Assembly: GCA_021822165.1 (NCBI GenBank)
Contig: JAKARM010000001.1
Span: 42,443-106,442 of the forward strand
Length of the DNA stretch: 64,000 nucleotides
Direction: 5' to 3'
Origin: Candidatus Micrarchaeota archaeon
GTDB taxonomy: Archaea; Micrarchaeota; Micrarchaeia; Micrarchaeales; Micrarchaeaceae
Within the stretch, counting starts at the first letter, position 1. Each line of letters opens with the position of its first letter. This document shows, piece by piece, positions 1-9,907 of this stretch. The notes beneath the pieces are model-generated. The model did no database searches. It worked only from the letters and a program-made list of their open reading frames with translations, and was not told where the DNA came from. Both the position numbers and the translations under genes were made by a program.

Positions 1-2
1 GC

Positions 3-368
3 TATAGCAGCACGTACATAGACTTCATGAGTGTTGAAACGACGACAAGGAATGAAACCCCGCTGGGGGTGCCGAACGGGATTGAGAACGCCACGATAAC
101 CAAATTTGATTCGTCGGGAGGAATACCGTTCATCGACTTCGGAAATAAGACCGTACAGAACGGGGCGGAGGTCGTACCTTCTACGATAGATAAATATACA
201 TGGAGCCAGATAATATCCGAATCGGGCAACCCGAACTCCGGCATAGCCAAGGGGATAATCGGCAGCGCAAACATTTTTACCGCAGAGATTTGCTCGATCG
301 ACAATTTCACCCCTGCCACGGTATGCAACCAGCCATATGTGAAAAGCATATTGAAGATTGCGGGATAG
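3..368 (+). CDS. C-terminal part of a hypothetical, probably exported protein (5' end outside window)
   Basis: Frame is open from the window edge (TAT AGC AGC ... no stop before the listed ATG at 27) to the stop at 366-368; several N-x-S/T sequons; no recognisable domain; preferred over antisense ORF 2..349 only on composition. Confidence 0.35.
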   Translation, partial: YSSTYIDFMSVETTTRNETPLGVPNGIENATITKFDSSGGIPFIDFGNKTVQNGAEVVPSTIDKYTWSQIISESGNPNSGIAKGIIGSANIFTAEICSIDNFTPATVCNQPYVKSILKIAG

Positions 369-376
369 GCAGACGG

Positions 377-1918
377 CTAGGCAAGGTTGGCACCGCGTAG
401 CATCCCGTTGGCCACATGCCGGTGGCCGCCCAGGATGTTATCAGTCTCATGAGGGTCGGTGGAGATGTTATAAAGCTCGTCCTTCATCTTTCCGAAATAG
501 TGTATTAGCTTCATATCCCCTTTGTATACGGCTGTCGCCCTTGAGTTGTACTTGCTTTTGGCCGCATATATCAAACCTGCATATTTTGACCGCTGCCTGA
601 TCATTCGGAGGAATTCCTCGTCCCACCCCTCGCTTATACCGGTATGTTCGCTCAAGACATATCTCCCCGACCTTAAATTCCCGTCAAGGTAGTCGCAGCG
701 ACCCGAAGCAAGGTCGTATACTGCGTCATGCAGGGAGGTCAGGCTTACAGGACTATCGATATGCTCGTTAGGGCCTGTCGGCTTCCCATTCTCGTAATTA
801 ATGGCGACCAAGGGGACCTTCACACCTTCATCATAGGGGAAGAGGGAATGATAGAGGAGCCCGTGCTCCCCGAAAAACTGGCCATGATCAGAGGTGATTA
901 TCACAGACGCGTTTTCCAGCATGCCGCCTTCTTTAAGCGTATCGAGGGTCTTGCCCACCATCCTGTCAAGATACTTAATCCTGCGGAGATATGCTTTATG
1001 GAGTTTCCCTGCGACTGTGCCGTCCAACTCTTCTATGCCGCTCATATACAGCCATTTATCCTGTATTATCCCCTTGTCCTTTCCGAGCAGGGGATAATTT
1101 TCGTGGGCCTCGATCAGATTTACGAAAATAAAATGGGGCAACCCGTTATATTCCGTTTGGAAATAGTTTTTCATTTCCACGTTCGTATCAGACGCGCCGC
1201 GATCCAGCCTGTATGTCCCATCGGTATCTGCAACCTTCCGGTCCAATCTTTTGCGCAGGTGCAGGTACATCTTGTCGAATATTGGGCGGGGAAGCGGCAT
1301 CGTAAGCGCATTGCTTATCCTGAACATCTTTCTCCTTGCCGAATGACCCCCGTTTATTATAGCGGAAACCCTCTTCACAATCTTCTTGTCGTACTTGACA
1401 TTCGAGTGCATCCACATGTCATATATCCTGTCGAAGCCGCTGCCCAGATTGGTAAAGCTGGTAAGAAACGGATTATTTGAGAAAAGGATTGAATAGTAGC
1501 CCTTCCTGGAAAGTTTGCTTGCTATCGTGTCTGCATTTTCAGGAAGAAAACGGGTCTTTACCATCCATGGATCTATGCTTACAGAACTGGGAGAGAAGAA
1601 ATCCCTTGAAACCTCGCTTATGTTTGTGACATTCCTACCGGTAAACAATGAGGCGTGGGAGGTCGCAGTCCACGTACCTGGAGATATTGTGTTGGTGTAT
1701 ATTGCGCTGGTCTTGATCAGTTTTTGGATATTGGGCAGTGACATGTTTCCGTAAACGTCGCCTGCCCTCACCGAATCCAACAACAAAAACACAATATTCT
1801 TCTTTTTCCTTATTCTCTTTATCATGTCAGTACCGTACGATATTGGCAGATGGAGGTGTGAAACCATATAAATAGTTTCTGATGAAATCGTTTCACCTGT
1901 AATTATCTCGGTTCGCAC
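377..1918 (-). CDS. Alkaline-phosphatase-superfamily sulfatase-like enzyme (probably a phosphotransferase/hydrolase rather than a true sulfatase)
   Basis: N-terminal metal-site region LLLDSVRAGD, T-A-T-S-H-A-S-L-F-T-G where sulfatases have C/S-x-P-S-R-A-S-L-L-T-G, and C-terminal ITSDHGQFFGEHG motif; alternative start at M32 (1825, MIKRIRKKK). Confidence 0.75.
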   Translation of the reverse strand: MRTEIITGETISSETIYMVSHLHLPISYGTDMIKRIRKKKNIVFLLLDSVRAGDVYGNMSLPNIQKLIKTSAIYTNTISPGTWTATSHASLFTGRNVTNISEVSRDFFSPSSVSIDPWMVKTRFLPENADTIASKLSRKGYYSILFSNNPFLTSFTNLGSGFDRIYDMWMHSNVKYDKKIVKRVSAIINGGHSARRKMFRISNALTMPLPRPIFDKMYLHLRKRLDRKVADTDGTYRLDRGASDTNVEMKNYFQTEYNGLPHFIFVNLIEAHENYPLLGKDKGIIQDKWLYMSGIEELDGTVAGKLHKAYLRRIKYLDRMVGKTLDTLKEGGMLENASVIITSDHGQFFGEHGLLYHSLFPYDEGVKVPLVAINYENGKPTGPNEHIDSPVSLTSLHDAVYDLASGRCDYLDGNLRSGRYVLSEHTGISEGWDEEFLRMIRQRSKYAGLIYAAKSKYNSRATAVYKGDMKLIHYFGKMKDELYNISTDPHETDNILGGHRHVANGMLRGANLA

Positions 1919-1956
1919 AAGTTATTAAGCTTTACCGCATATATCTCCAACGTCTA

Positions 1957-2688
1957 TTGTTCTGTCCGGATAATGGTGGTATATTGGTAAGGATAAGCGT
2001 TGTCATACCCTCGTTCAACGAAGGGAAGTACATAAAGAACGCGATGAGTGGGCTGGAGAGGCAGAGTTTTAGGGATTTTGAGACCATAGTGGTAGACAAA
2101 AACAGCACGGACGACACAATAAAGATAGTGAAAAGATACCGGAACGTAAAGATCATAAATGAAATAAGAAAGGGCATAAGCATAGCGAGGAACAGGGGAG
2201 CACAAGAGGCAAGGGGAGAGATACTAGTTTTTCTGGATGCTGATACCAAGCCTTCGGAAAAACTTCTCGAATCATATAACAAAGCCTTCAAAAAGAAAAT
2301 TATAATGGCTACCGGGCCGATAATGCCGCTAGAGAACACAGATATCTTCATATGGTTGGGTTACATATTTGTTTCTGTGTTGATGACGTACGCGGGAATC
2401 GTGATAAATGACCCTGCCATTATAGGATCTAATTTCGCTGTACGGAAAAAGGAGTTCCTAAGGGCAAGGGGATTCGATGAAAAGATGGACACGTACGAGG
2501 ACTGGGACCTCTCCAAGAGACTCGCCAGACATGGGAAGGCGGTATACATACTTGAGGCAGTAGTCTATACGAGCGTCAGGAGGGTTAAAAAATGGGGGAT
2601 GTGGGGGTATATCGCATACCACGTGGACAACATGGTAAGATACAACAAGGGTAAAAAAACAAGGGACGATTATAACCCGGTGCGATGA
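1957..2688 (+). CDS. Family 2 glycosyltransferase
   Basis: VVIPSFNEGKYI ... ETIVVDKNSTDDT ... VFLDADT (DxD-type) motifs typical of GT2; divergent from the sulfatase-like gene. Confidence 0.85.
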   Translation: MFCPDNGGILVRISVVIPSFNEGKYIKNAMSGLERQSFRDFETIVVDKNSTDDTIKIVKRYRNVKIINEIRKGISIARNRGAQEARGEILVFLDADTKPSEKLLESYNKAFKKKIIMATGPIMPLENTDIFIWLGYIFVSVLMTYAGIVINDPAIIGSNFAVRKKEFLRARGFDEKMDTYEDWDLSKRLARHGKAVYILEAVVYTSVRRVKKWGMWGYIAYHVDNMVRYNKGKKTRDDYNPVR

Positions 2689-3698
2689 CAATGGTAAAAG
2701 ATGAACGAGGAGGGAAGAGGGCGGACTCCGCCAAGGCGTATAGCGGAAAATATCTAAAAAACATCAAGATGGTCGAAAGGTACACGATAGTGGGGATATT
2801 GCTAGGGGTTGTGGTTTTTGTGGCAATAGCCCTTTTCGGCGGGGTTGCCCCGATGGCAAAACTCATTTCCTCGATGAACGCGAACACATATGCGATGGCA
2901 TTTATCTGCGTGTTCGGAGGATACCTATTGAGATATGTGAAATGGGAGTACTATCTCGGCCTCATCGGCCTGAAGGTCAAGAAATCAAAAAGTTTCGTCA
3001 TATACATGTCACTTTATTCCATGAATATAACCCCGGGGAAGATTGGCAGGATAATATCCGCATACACCCTCAACAAAGTCACTAAGGCAGGGCTGAGCAG
3101 GATAGCACCCATCATAGCTATGGACATATTCACCGACTTCCTCGGTCTCGCCATCCTGACAATGATATCGGCATTCTACTTCGGGAAAGACATCATTTAC
3201 ATAATCGGCTTGGAGGCGATCCTGCTTATCCCCCTGTTTATCGTACTGAGCGGGTGGGGATATAAGAAGATAGGAAAACTGTTCGGAGGTAACAGTACTT
3301 TCAAAAGGCTCAAGGAGCATGGCGACAGGTATTTCGCCGCGCAGAGCAACCTGAACAGGCCATCGGTATACATCATATCTTCGGTAGTGACGGTTCCGGC
3401 ACTGGTGCTCAACGCGCTGGGGCTCTACTTCACGATGAAGGCGTTCGGGTTGGTCCCGGCCATAGGGAAGAGCATATTCACATTCTCGCTGGCGCAGCTA
3501 ATAGGGGTTGTGTCGATGGCACCCGGAACAATAGGGGTTACTGATGGCGCCCTCGTCGCGCTTTTGGGCAGCATTTTCGGAATTGGCAAGGCCCTCAGCT
3601 CGGCAATAACGATAACCACAAGGTTTGCCACATTATGGTTCGGGATAGGAATAGGCCTTATCTTCCTGTTCTACAGCTTCAGATATTGGAAAGAGTGA
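2685..3698 (+). CDS. Multi-pass membrane protein, flippase-like / LPG-synthase-TM (UPF0104)-like
   Basis: ATGA overlap with upstream GT2 gene; about 8 predicted hydrophobic helices; GT2 + UPF0104 pairing is common in archaea (family assignment is from memory). Confidence 0.55.
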   Translation: MTMVKDERGGKRADSAKAYSGKYLKNIKMVERYTIVGILLGVVVFVAIALFGGVAPMAKLISSMNANTYAMAFICVFGGYLLRYVKWEYYLGLIGLKVKKSKSFVIYMSLYSMNITPGKIGRIISAYTLNKVTKAGLSRIAPIIAMDIFTDFLGLAILTMISAFYFGKDIIYIIGLEAILLIPLFIVLSGWGYKKIGKLFGGNSTFKRLKEHGDRYFAAQSNLNRPSVYIISSVVTVPALVLNALGLYFTMKAFGLVPAIGKSIFTFSLAQLIGVVSMAPGTIGVTDGALVALLGSIFGIGKALSSAITITTRFATLWFGIGIGLIFLFYSFRYWKE

Positions 3699-3703
3699 GA
3701 TTC

Positions 3704-4060
3704 TCACTCGTATTCCGTATCAGATTGCTCTGGGGACTCTTCCTCGCCGGAAGAATCTGATTTCTCCACTATCTTTATCTTTCCGAACTTTCCTGTCGAA
3801 AGCTGGGGGGTTCCCCTGAATTCGCCGACATAGCCATTTGCCACCTCGACGGTATCCCCTACACTTATGGAGTTGATGTCATCTCCCCAGAGGGACATGT
3901 TGATCTTCCCTGTACCATCCTCTAGAACAACATCAGCCACGCTGACCCTCTTGCCGTACTTGGTGACTACCTCTCTCGGTTCGCCTTTCTGGACTACCTT
4001 GGCCTTAATGGTCACATTGCTAGCTCCTGCTTTGAGTTCATTTATCTGCACACATAGCAC
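3704..4060 (-). CDS. Single OB-fold ssDNA-binding protein (SSB/RPA-like) with acidic C-terminal tail
   Basis: About 95-aa OB-like core (VADVVLEDGTGKINMSLWGDD ... GEFRGTPQLS) followed by the acidic tail SDSSGEEESPEQSDTEYE; GTG start. Confidence 0.65.
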   Translation of the reverse strand: MLCVQINELKAGASNVTIKAKVVQKGEPREVVTKYGKRVSVADVVLEDGTGKINMSLWGDDINSISVGDTVEVANGYVGEFRGTPQLSTGKFGKIKIVEKSDSSGEEESPEQSDTEYE

Positions 4061-4203
4061 CTAAAATCAGTTTATGCACTAATAGTATTTAAGAAGGTAT
4101 TTAAGCCTTACCCCTCTACTGCACCCATTTATAAATCACCCATGCGGGTTAAAATCTTTATAGGGGATGACAGGACAACGGCCCTACCACCCGGCATGGG
4201 AGT

Positions 4204-5070
4204 TTACATATATTCCTTGAGGACAGCTTCAACCTCCGCCGTTGTTGGAGGAGACCTTCCGACCACAGGGCCTTCCATTATAACAGGGTCGAGCTCTTCA
4301 TACAAGGGCTTGGATGTTTTATAGAATAACCCCAGGGGCATCTTGCTCCCGTCCCTATCGAACTCGGTCGCCTTCTCGAATGCCTTAGCCATGTCTGACG
4401 GATCGTGCTGCTGGTCCTCGAGCTTGTATATCCTCTTTCTTAACCAGTCATATGTATTGTCATGGTTGAAGGTGACACACGGACTCATGATGTCGATAAG
4501 GGCAAACCCCTTATGGGTTATCCCGTTCTTTATCAACATGGAAAGATGATTGGGATCTCCGGAAAAGCCCCTGGCCACATATGTAGCTCCGGCGGAAATG
4601 GCAAGCGAGAGGGGGTTAATGGGATTCTCCGTCACTCCGAAGGGAGTAGATTTCGTCTTCATCCCGATAAGGCTCGTGGGGGATGCCTGTCCTGTCGTAA
4701 GGCCGTATATCTCGTTGTCCATGACGATATATGTGAGGTCTATGTTCCTTCTTGCCGCATGGATAAAGTGGGCGGCGCCTATCCCATATCCATCCCCGTC
4801 TCCCCCGGCGCCTATCACAGTGAGCTTTGGGTTGGCAAGCTTTACCCCTGTTGCGATGGGAAGGAGTCTGCCGTGTATCCCGTGTATCCCGTAGGTGCTA
4901 AACTGCCCGGAGATTGCCGAGCTGCACCCTATACCCGTAACGACCATTATGTCGTTCTTTGGGATGTTGAGCTCGCCAAGAGCCTTCATTATCGCCGCAG
5001 ACACGCCGTAATCTCCGCAGCCGGGGCACCATACGGGTTTTTCGCCAGATCTATATTGAGCATCCGTCAT
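4204..5070 (-). CDS. 2-oxoacid:ferredoxin oxidoreductase, beta (TPP-binding) subunit
   Basis: WCPGCGDYG motif, GIGCSS, GAGGDGDGYGIG TPP-binding signature; directly downstream of the alpha subunit. Confidence 0.9.
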   Translation of the reverse strand: MTDAQYRSGEKPVWCPGCGDYGVSAAIMKALGELNIPKNDIMVVTGIGCSSAISGQFSTYGIHGIHGRLLPIATGVKLANPKLTVIGAGGDGDGYGIGAAHFIHAARRNIDLTYIVMDNEIYGLTTGQASPTSLIGMKTKSTPFGVTENPINPLSLAISAGATYVARGFSGDPNHLSMLIKNGITHKGFALIDIMSPCVTFNHDNTYDWLRKRIYKLEDQQHDPSDMAKAFEKATEFDRDGSKMPLGLFYKTSKPLYEELDPVIMEGPVVGRSPPTTAEVEAVLKEYM

Positions 5071-5074
5071 CTTA

Positions 5075-6808
5075 TCACCATTTACTTACAAGTTCCAGTG
5101 CCTTATCGGCAATCTCCCTCCCTGTGAACGCCTCGCCGTCGTACTTCAGTATCCTGTGGCTTATATCTATGCAGGTGTTCGCCTTTATCAGATAGGCGAG
5201 CTGGGCTGTAAAATTATACTCGACATCTATCAGCTTCTTTCCGGATAGCAAGGCCTTCGTTTTCTCGACATCGAGGGGCATGAGATACTTGAAGGATATT
5301 ATACCGAACTTCTTGCCAGAAGGTGAAAGCAGCTCCACCGCCTCCATCACGCTCTCGGTGGTCGATCCGAAGGTCACGAAGAAGTATTCCGCATCCGCAT
5401 TGGAAACATCAGGCACGAATACCCCCTTTTCCTCCTTCAGCATCGTATCGATCTTCCTCATCCTTTTTTCGTGCATCTGCCGCCTGATCCCGACATACTT
5501 GTCGATACCGGCATTGAAGTCCGTAACCAGGTTGCCATACTCGTCATGCTCGTCGCTGGGGGCGATGAACTCGAGGCCGGGAGTCCCGGGGAATGAACGG
5601 GGCGAGATGCCATCCGTGGTTATCTCGTACCTCTTGAACCTGCCGTCTGATTTCGTGGCTATCTTCCCCCTATCGACCTTTATGCCTTCAAGCTCGAACG
5701 TGTTGATGCTCTCCGCATGCTCGGAGATATACAGGTCCATAAGTATTATGACAGGGCACTGGTACTTTTCTGCGAGGTTGTGCGCCTCGGCACCCACATA
5801 GAGGCTCTCTTTTATGTTTCTAGGCGAAACGACGATCCTGGGAAACTCCCCCTGAGACGCATGGCTGACGAAAAGCAAATCGCCCTGCTCCGTCTTCGTA
5901 GGGAGCCCTGTGCTTGGGCCGCCCCTTTGCGAGTCAACTACGACGATCGGCACTTCAAGCATCCCTGACAGCCCCAATGCCTCCACCATCAGGGAGAACC
6001 CGCCCCCGCTCGTGCCGCACATCGACCTTGCGCCCGCGCTCGCCGCGCCAATCGTCATGTTTATCGCCGCAATCTCGTCCTCCGTCTGCTTCACCACGAC
6101 TCCTAATTTTTGATGGGCCGCGAACCAATGAAGTATGCCGGAAGCGGGTGTCATGGGGTAGGCGGCATAAAACCTGCAACCGGAAGCGAACGCGCCTATT
6201 GACAACGCGGTGTTGCCGTCCATCATGTACCTCTTCTTGCCATCGCCCTTGAGCTCCATTATGTTTTTGACCGCCGGGTCATCATACCCTGCCTTTGCGC
6301 TGTTTATGTTGTTGTTTACTATCATTTCCCCTTTTTTGCCGAACTTGGACTTTATTATGTCCGAGAAAACCCCTATGTCGATGCCTGTCATCTTCATTAT
6401 GGCCCCTATCGCCACGACATTCTTCAGAAGCGGATCGCCGCCGTTTTTCAATACGATGTCCAGCATGGGGAGATTGACAAGGTTCAGCCCCCTGTCCTTG
6501 AGGGCATCGACATTGCTCTTCGAGCCGTCGTATATTACGCTCCCGCCCTCCGCCATGTGCGCTGACTGGAGATCGATCGAATCCTGGTTCAGCGCCACAA
6601 GTATGTTTATCTTCTCTCCCGGGCCGTGGAGCTCGTTCTGTGATATCCTGACCTGATGCCATACATGGCCTCCGCGTATTATTGACTGGTAGCTCCGATA
6701 GGCAAACACATTGAGCCCGACATTCAGGAAGACCTTGGCTATAAGGTCTCCGCTGGAATCTATCCCGTCGCCGTTGGCGCCTGCAATCCTTATTGTTATA
6801 TCATTCAT
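5075..6808 (-). CDS. 2-oxoacid:ferredoxin oxidoreductase, alpha (fused gamma-alpha) subunit
   Basis: 577 aa; N-terminal gamma-like domain (IRIAGANGDGIDSSG) fused to the alpha domain (AAYPMTPAS, TSGGGFSLM); two-subunit type as in Sulfolobus/Thermoplasma. Confidence 0.9.
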   Translation of the reverse strand: MNDITIRIAGANGDGIDSSGDLIAKVFLNVGLNVFAYRSYQSIIRGGHVWHQVRISQNELHGPGEKINILVALNQDSIDLQSAHMAEGGSVIYDGSKSNVDALKDRGLNLVNLPMLDIVLKNGGDPLLKNVVAIGAIMKMTGIDIGVFSDIIKSKFGKKGEMIVNNNINSAKAGYDDPAVKNIMELKGDGKKRYMMDGNTALSIGAFASGCRFYAAYPMTPASGILHWFAAHQKLGVVVKQTEDEIAAINMTIGAASAGARSMCGTSGGGFSLMVEALGLSGMLEVPIVVVDSQRGGPSTGLPTKTEQGDLLFVSHASQGEFPRIVVSPRNIKESLYVGAEAHNLAEKYQCPVIILMDLYISEHAESINTFELEGIKVDRGKIATKSDGRFKRYEITTDGISPRSFPGTPGLEFIAPSDEHDEYGNLVTDFNAGIDKYVGIRRQMHEKRMRKIDTMLKEEKGVFVPDVSNADAEYFFVTFGSTTESVMEAVELLSPSGKKFGIISFKYLMPLDVEKTKALLSGKKLIDVEYNFTAQLAYLIKANTCIDISHRILKYDGEAFTGREIADKALELVSKW

Positions 6809-6838
6809 CGTCTCATTCCCACTATAGTTAGCATAGGT

Positions 6839-8014
6839 TCAAATCATCTCGACAGAGAGTGCTGTAGCGCCGCCTGTGCCGTGGCATATGCTTGCCACCC
6901 CGCTATTCGCATTGTTGCTCGACAGAACATTAAGCAGCGTTGCTATGATCCTTGCCCCGCTTGCGCCTATGGGATGTCCGAGGGCTATCGCGCCGCCGAA
7001 GGCGTTCATTTTTTCGTAATCGATCCCGAGGCGCCTGTTCATCACGACACTGTTCAAGGCGAATGCCTCGTTGTTTTCATAATAGTCAAAGCTTTTAATA
7101 TCTAGGCCGCTTTTCTTAGAAAGCTTTTCCAATGCTGCCACAGGGGCCTCTATGAATCTCTCGCTCTCCACCCCGGCCCAACTGTAACCTGTTATGCGCG
7201 CGATGGGTGTGATCCCTCTTTCCTTTACCGCATTTTCCCCGGCTATGACAAGCGCAGCCGCCCCGTCGGAAAGCTGCGAGGAGTTGCCTGCAGTGTGCAT
7301 GCCATCTTTTGAAAAAACGGGTTTTAGCATTGAGAGCTTCTCCATCGTGGTATCGGCCCTGATCCCCTCGTCGATTGAGACCGGCTTCCCGGAGACATTG
7401 ACCGGCTCTATCTCTTTCTGCAAGAATGACGCTGAGAGCGCCTTTGATGCCCTCATGTGGCTGTCGAAAGATACCCGGTCCAGCTCTTCCCTCATCACGC
7501 CGTATTCGCGGGCAAGGGCATCCGCCTCTTCACCCATCGGCTTCATGTTGAAGGGATCCGTCAGGCCGTCGACCTGCATCGTATCCACAAGATTGTTCTT
7601 CCCAGATGGCAGCAGCTTCACCCCCCAGCGCATATCGCCTTTCAAAGCGATTGATGACTGGCTCATGCTTTCCATACCGCCGGCGATTACGATGTCGGCA
7701 TCTCCGCTCTTTATCATCTGCGCTGCATTGGCCACGCTCATCATGCCGGAGGAACAGACCATGTCTATGCCATAGGCCTCCTTGTCCATCGGGATGCCTG
7801 CTGCGGTTGCGGCCTGCCTGCTGACGTTCTGGCCATGGCCAGCCCTTAGGATATTCCCCATTACGGCGATATCTACGTCGCCGGGTTCGATGCCCGCCCT
7901 GGATATTGCCCCTTTTATGGCAACCGAGCCAAGCTCAACCGGAGTCACGGACCTGAAAACACCGCCAAACTTCCCGAGAGGGGTTCTTGCTGCAGATACG
8001 ATATATAGTTCCAT
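6839..8014 (-). CDS. Acetyl-CoA C-acetyltransferase (thiolase II, AtoB-type)
   Basis: MELYIVSAARTPLGKFGG N-terminus, active-site region VCSSGM, C-terminal GGAIALGHPIGASGARI and CHGTGGATA motifs. Confidence 0.9.
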   Translation of the reverse strand: MELYIVSAARTPLGKFGGVFRSVTPVELGSVAIKGAISRAGIEPGDVDIAVMGNILRAGHGQNVSRQAATAAGIPMDKEAYGIDMVCSSGMMSVANAAQMIKSGDADIVIAGGMESMSQSSIALKGDMRWGVKLLPSGKNNLVDTMQVDGLTDPFNMKPMGEEADALAREYGVMREELDRVSFDSHMRASKALSASFLQKEIEPVNVSGKPVSIDEGIRADTTMEKLSMLKPVFSKDGMHTAGNSSQLSDGAAALVIAGENAVKERGITPIARITGYSWAGVESERFIEAPVAALEKLSKKSGLDIKSFDYYENNEAFALNSVVMNRRLGIDYEKMNAFGGAIALGHPIGASGARIIATLLNVLSSNNANSGVASICHGTGGATALSVEMI

Positions 8015-8023
8015 ATAACAACC

Positions 8024-9724
8024 TCAATACCTAATTAGTACGGGCTCCGTCACGCTCCCGTCAGAATAGACGTACTCCCCTGTGCCGTCGGGGTTTCTCC
8101 TGCGCACATGGAACCCTTCCGACAAGGCAGGCACATGGAGGAACTCCATGTCTTTCCTTACAAGATCCTCCTTAGTTATTGTGCGCGCTGCGTCCCCGGT
8201 TATAAGAGACTTGTGCAGTTCCAGATACTGCTCCGCGGAAAGATATTTGGGCATCCCCGTAGGGATGGTGATCTGGCTCTTGACGTTGGATTCGGAAACA
8301 TGGAGTTCGAGGGGGAGGACTTTCGCTATGGCCCCGCTGCCATAAAAAGCAAGGATCCCTTTTATGCCCTTGCCCGTGTGAAGCTTGGCGGCATTTTTCA
8401 CCAGGCTGCTGAATGCGACGAACGCGGAACTCGAATACGAGTTGCCTATCTCGGATGGAAGGATAAGCGCGCTATTTATGTGCAGCCCCTCGAGGAAGCT
8501 GCTAAACTCCGGCTGGTTCCTGAGCCTCTTCATCCACTCCCAATAGGCGGAGATCTCAGCGTCATCCTCTATGAATCGTATTATGCTCTCTTCTTGCTTC
8601 CCCCCTTCCGAATTGAACTCCCTGAACTTCCTGTCCATCAGGTTCGTTATCCTGCCGTTGTCCCCTATCGGTTCCCTGCCGACATCCGGCCGGGCCTGGA
8701 TCTCGTCGAAAAGCTCCTTTCTGTAATTTTTGAGGTAGTGGGCGAAAAGGAAACTGGCAAAATATATCGATTGCTTGGGGAAGGGTACATGCGTCACGAA
8801 AAACCCCATATCCCTTAATGGAAATTCCCCGGAACCTTCAAGCTTCTCCAACGCCTTTGCAACAGTATATACGTAGACCCTTTCCGAGAACTTGCCGTGG
8901 ACGATGGGGGTTTCATGCCCGAACTTCGTGAAATCGGAAAGCGGCATATGGAACCCGCCATACCTGTTGTCATATAGTATGGTGGCTATCTCGGGATCCC
9001 TTGTCAGCCATACAAGGGTTGCGCCTGCGCCCTGGGTGAACTCTGCGTTAGGGGCCCTGCTGTTATCGTATATCGAGGTGTCGGCCGTTATTATCAGTGC
9101 AGATTCGGGGCTGCCATAGTGGCAAGATGCCCGTACATGCGCAGCCGCATCGGCCAAGGATATCCCGCCCCCGGCGCATGCATAGGTCACTGGTATCATC
9201 GTTGCTTCCTTAAACATGTCCACGATCCACCTATAGCCATCTGCGTCCATCCCTAAAAGCTTGGAATAGACCAGCAGAAGGGAGGCTTCCGCTTCGGGCC
9301 TGCTCCTATCCGGATTGCTTTCGGAGGCATAGTAGATATTCCGCACAGGATCGCCCCTTATCCTCTCCGTATCGCGGTCGGACGAGGTCACCTTCATGAT
9401 GAAGGTGTATATCGCATCCGCGACGAAGGTAACGTTAGATTCAGAATAGCCAGGCAGCCGTATCTGCTTTATCCCGAGACCCTCCTTCATCTTCCCGACA
9501 TCCTTGGTTATGGCTTCGGAATTCTCGCTTTCCGTGTTGCCGTTCCTTGAATGGAATGCACGTACCACCTCCTCCGCCTTGACGGCGAGCCCTGGTACGG
9601 TCACTATAATCTCGTTTATGCCAATCCTGCCGTCTGACCGGCGTATATCGTTTCCTGAGGACATAAAGATCGCATGGTAGTTAAGGCAGGAAGCATTATT
9701 AAACGTGAAAACCCCATTAGACAT
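8024..9724 (-). CDS. Hydroxymethylglutaryl-CoA synthase-like condensing enzyme (long form, 566 aa)
   Basis: YASESNPDRSRPE, catalytic-Cys region TYACAGGG, ITADTSIYD, GAGATLVWL, THVPFPK (His) motifs; about 100 aa N-terminal and about 150 aa C-terminal extra sequence; alternative start at M21. Confidence 0.8.
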   Translation of the reverse strand: MSNGVFTFNNASCLNYHAIFMSSGNDIRRSDGRIGINEIIVTVPGLAVKAEEVVRAFHSRNGNTESENSEAITKDVGKMKEGLGIKQIRLPGYSESNVTFVADAIYTFIMKVTSSDRDTERIRGDPVRNIYYASESNPDRSRPEAEASLLLVYSKLLGMDADGYRWIVDMFKEATMIPVTYACAGGGISLADAAAHVRASCHYGSPESALIITADTSIYDNSRAPNAEFTQGAGATLVWLTRDPEIATILYDNRYGGFHMPLSDFTKFGHETPIVHGKFSERVYVYTVAKALEKLEGSGEFPLRDMGFFVTHVPFPKQSIYFASFLFAHYLKNYRKELFDEIQARPDVGREPIGDNGRITNLMDRKFREFNSEGGKQEESIIRFIEDDAEISAYWEWMKRLRNQPEFSSFLEGLHINSALILPSEIGNSYSSSAFVAFSSLVKNAAKLHTGKGIKGILAFYGSGAIAKVLPLELHVSESNVKSQITIPTGMPKYLSAEQYLELHKSLITGDAARTITKEDLVRKDMEFLHVPALSEGFHVRRRNPDGTGEYVYSDGSVTEPVLIRY

Positions 9725-9907
9725 ATGACGATTCCCATTTTAGGGGATTCCGGATTATAATCTTACGGGAATTTTACCGCATGGATAGTGGCTGTTTTGC
9801 CCGTTTGCCGGCTGGCGCGGGAAGCCGCAATCCGACAGTAACAGCACGGCACCAAAAGGATTTTAAAGATAAAAACCCCATGTAACATACGGCTTTTTGA
9901 TGATACG

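Noticed and set aside
728-1480. 250-aa + strand ORF, and other long ORFs antisense to well-supported genes. Examples: 10069..10902 and 10419..11087 in gyrB, 13467..14240 in gyrA, 15479..16177, 35825..36679, 43384..44253 in the thermosome, 54380..55021, and 56711..57655 in radA.
   Set aside because: All lie entirely inside, and antisense or out of frame to, genes with strong family motifs. Their translations are low-complexity (Ser/Pro/Arg/Leu-rich) with no motifs, which is typical of shadow ORFs in moderately GC-rich coding DNA.
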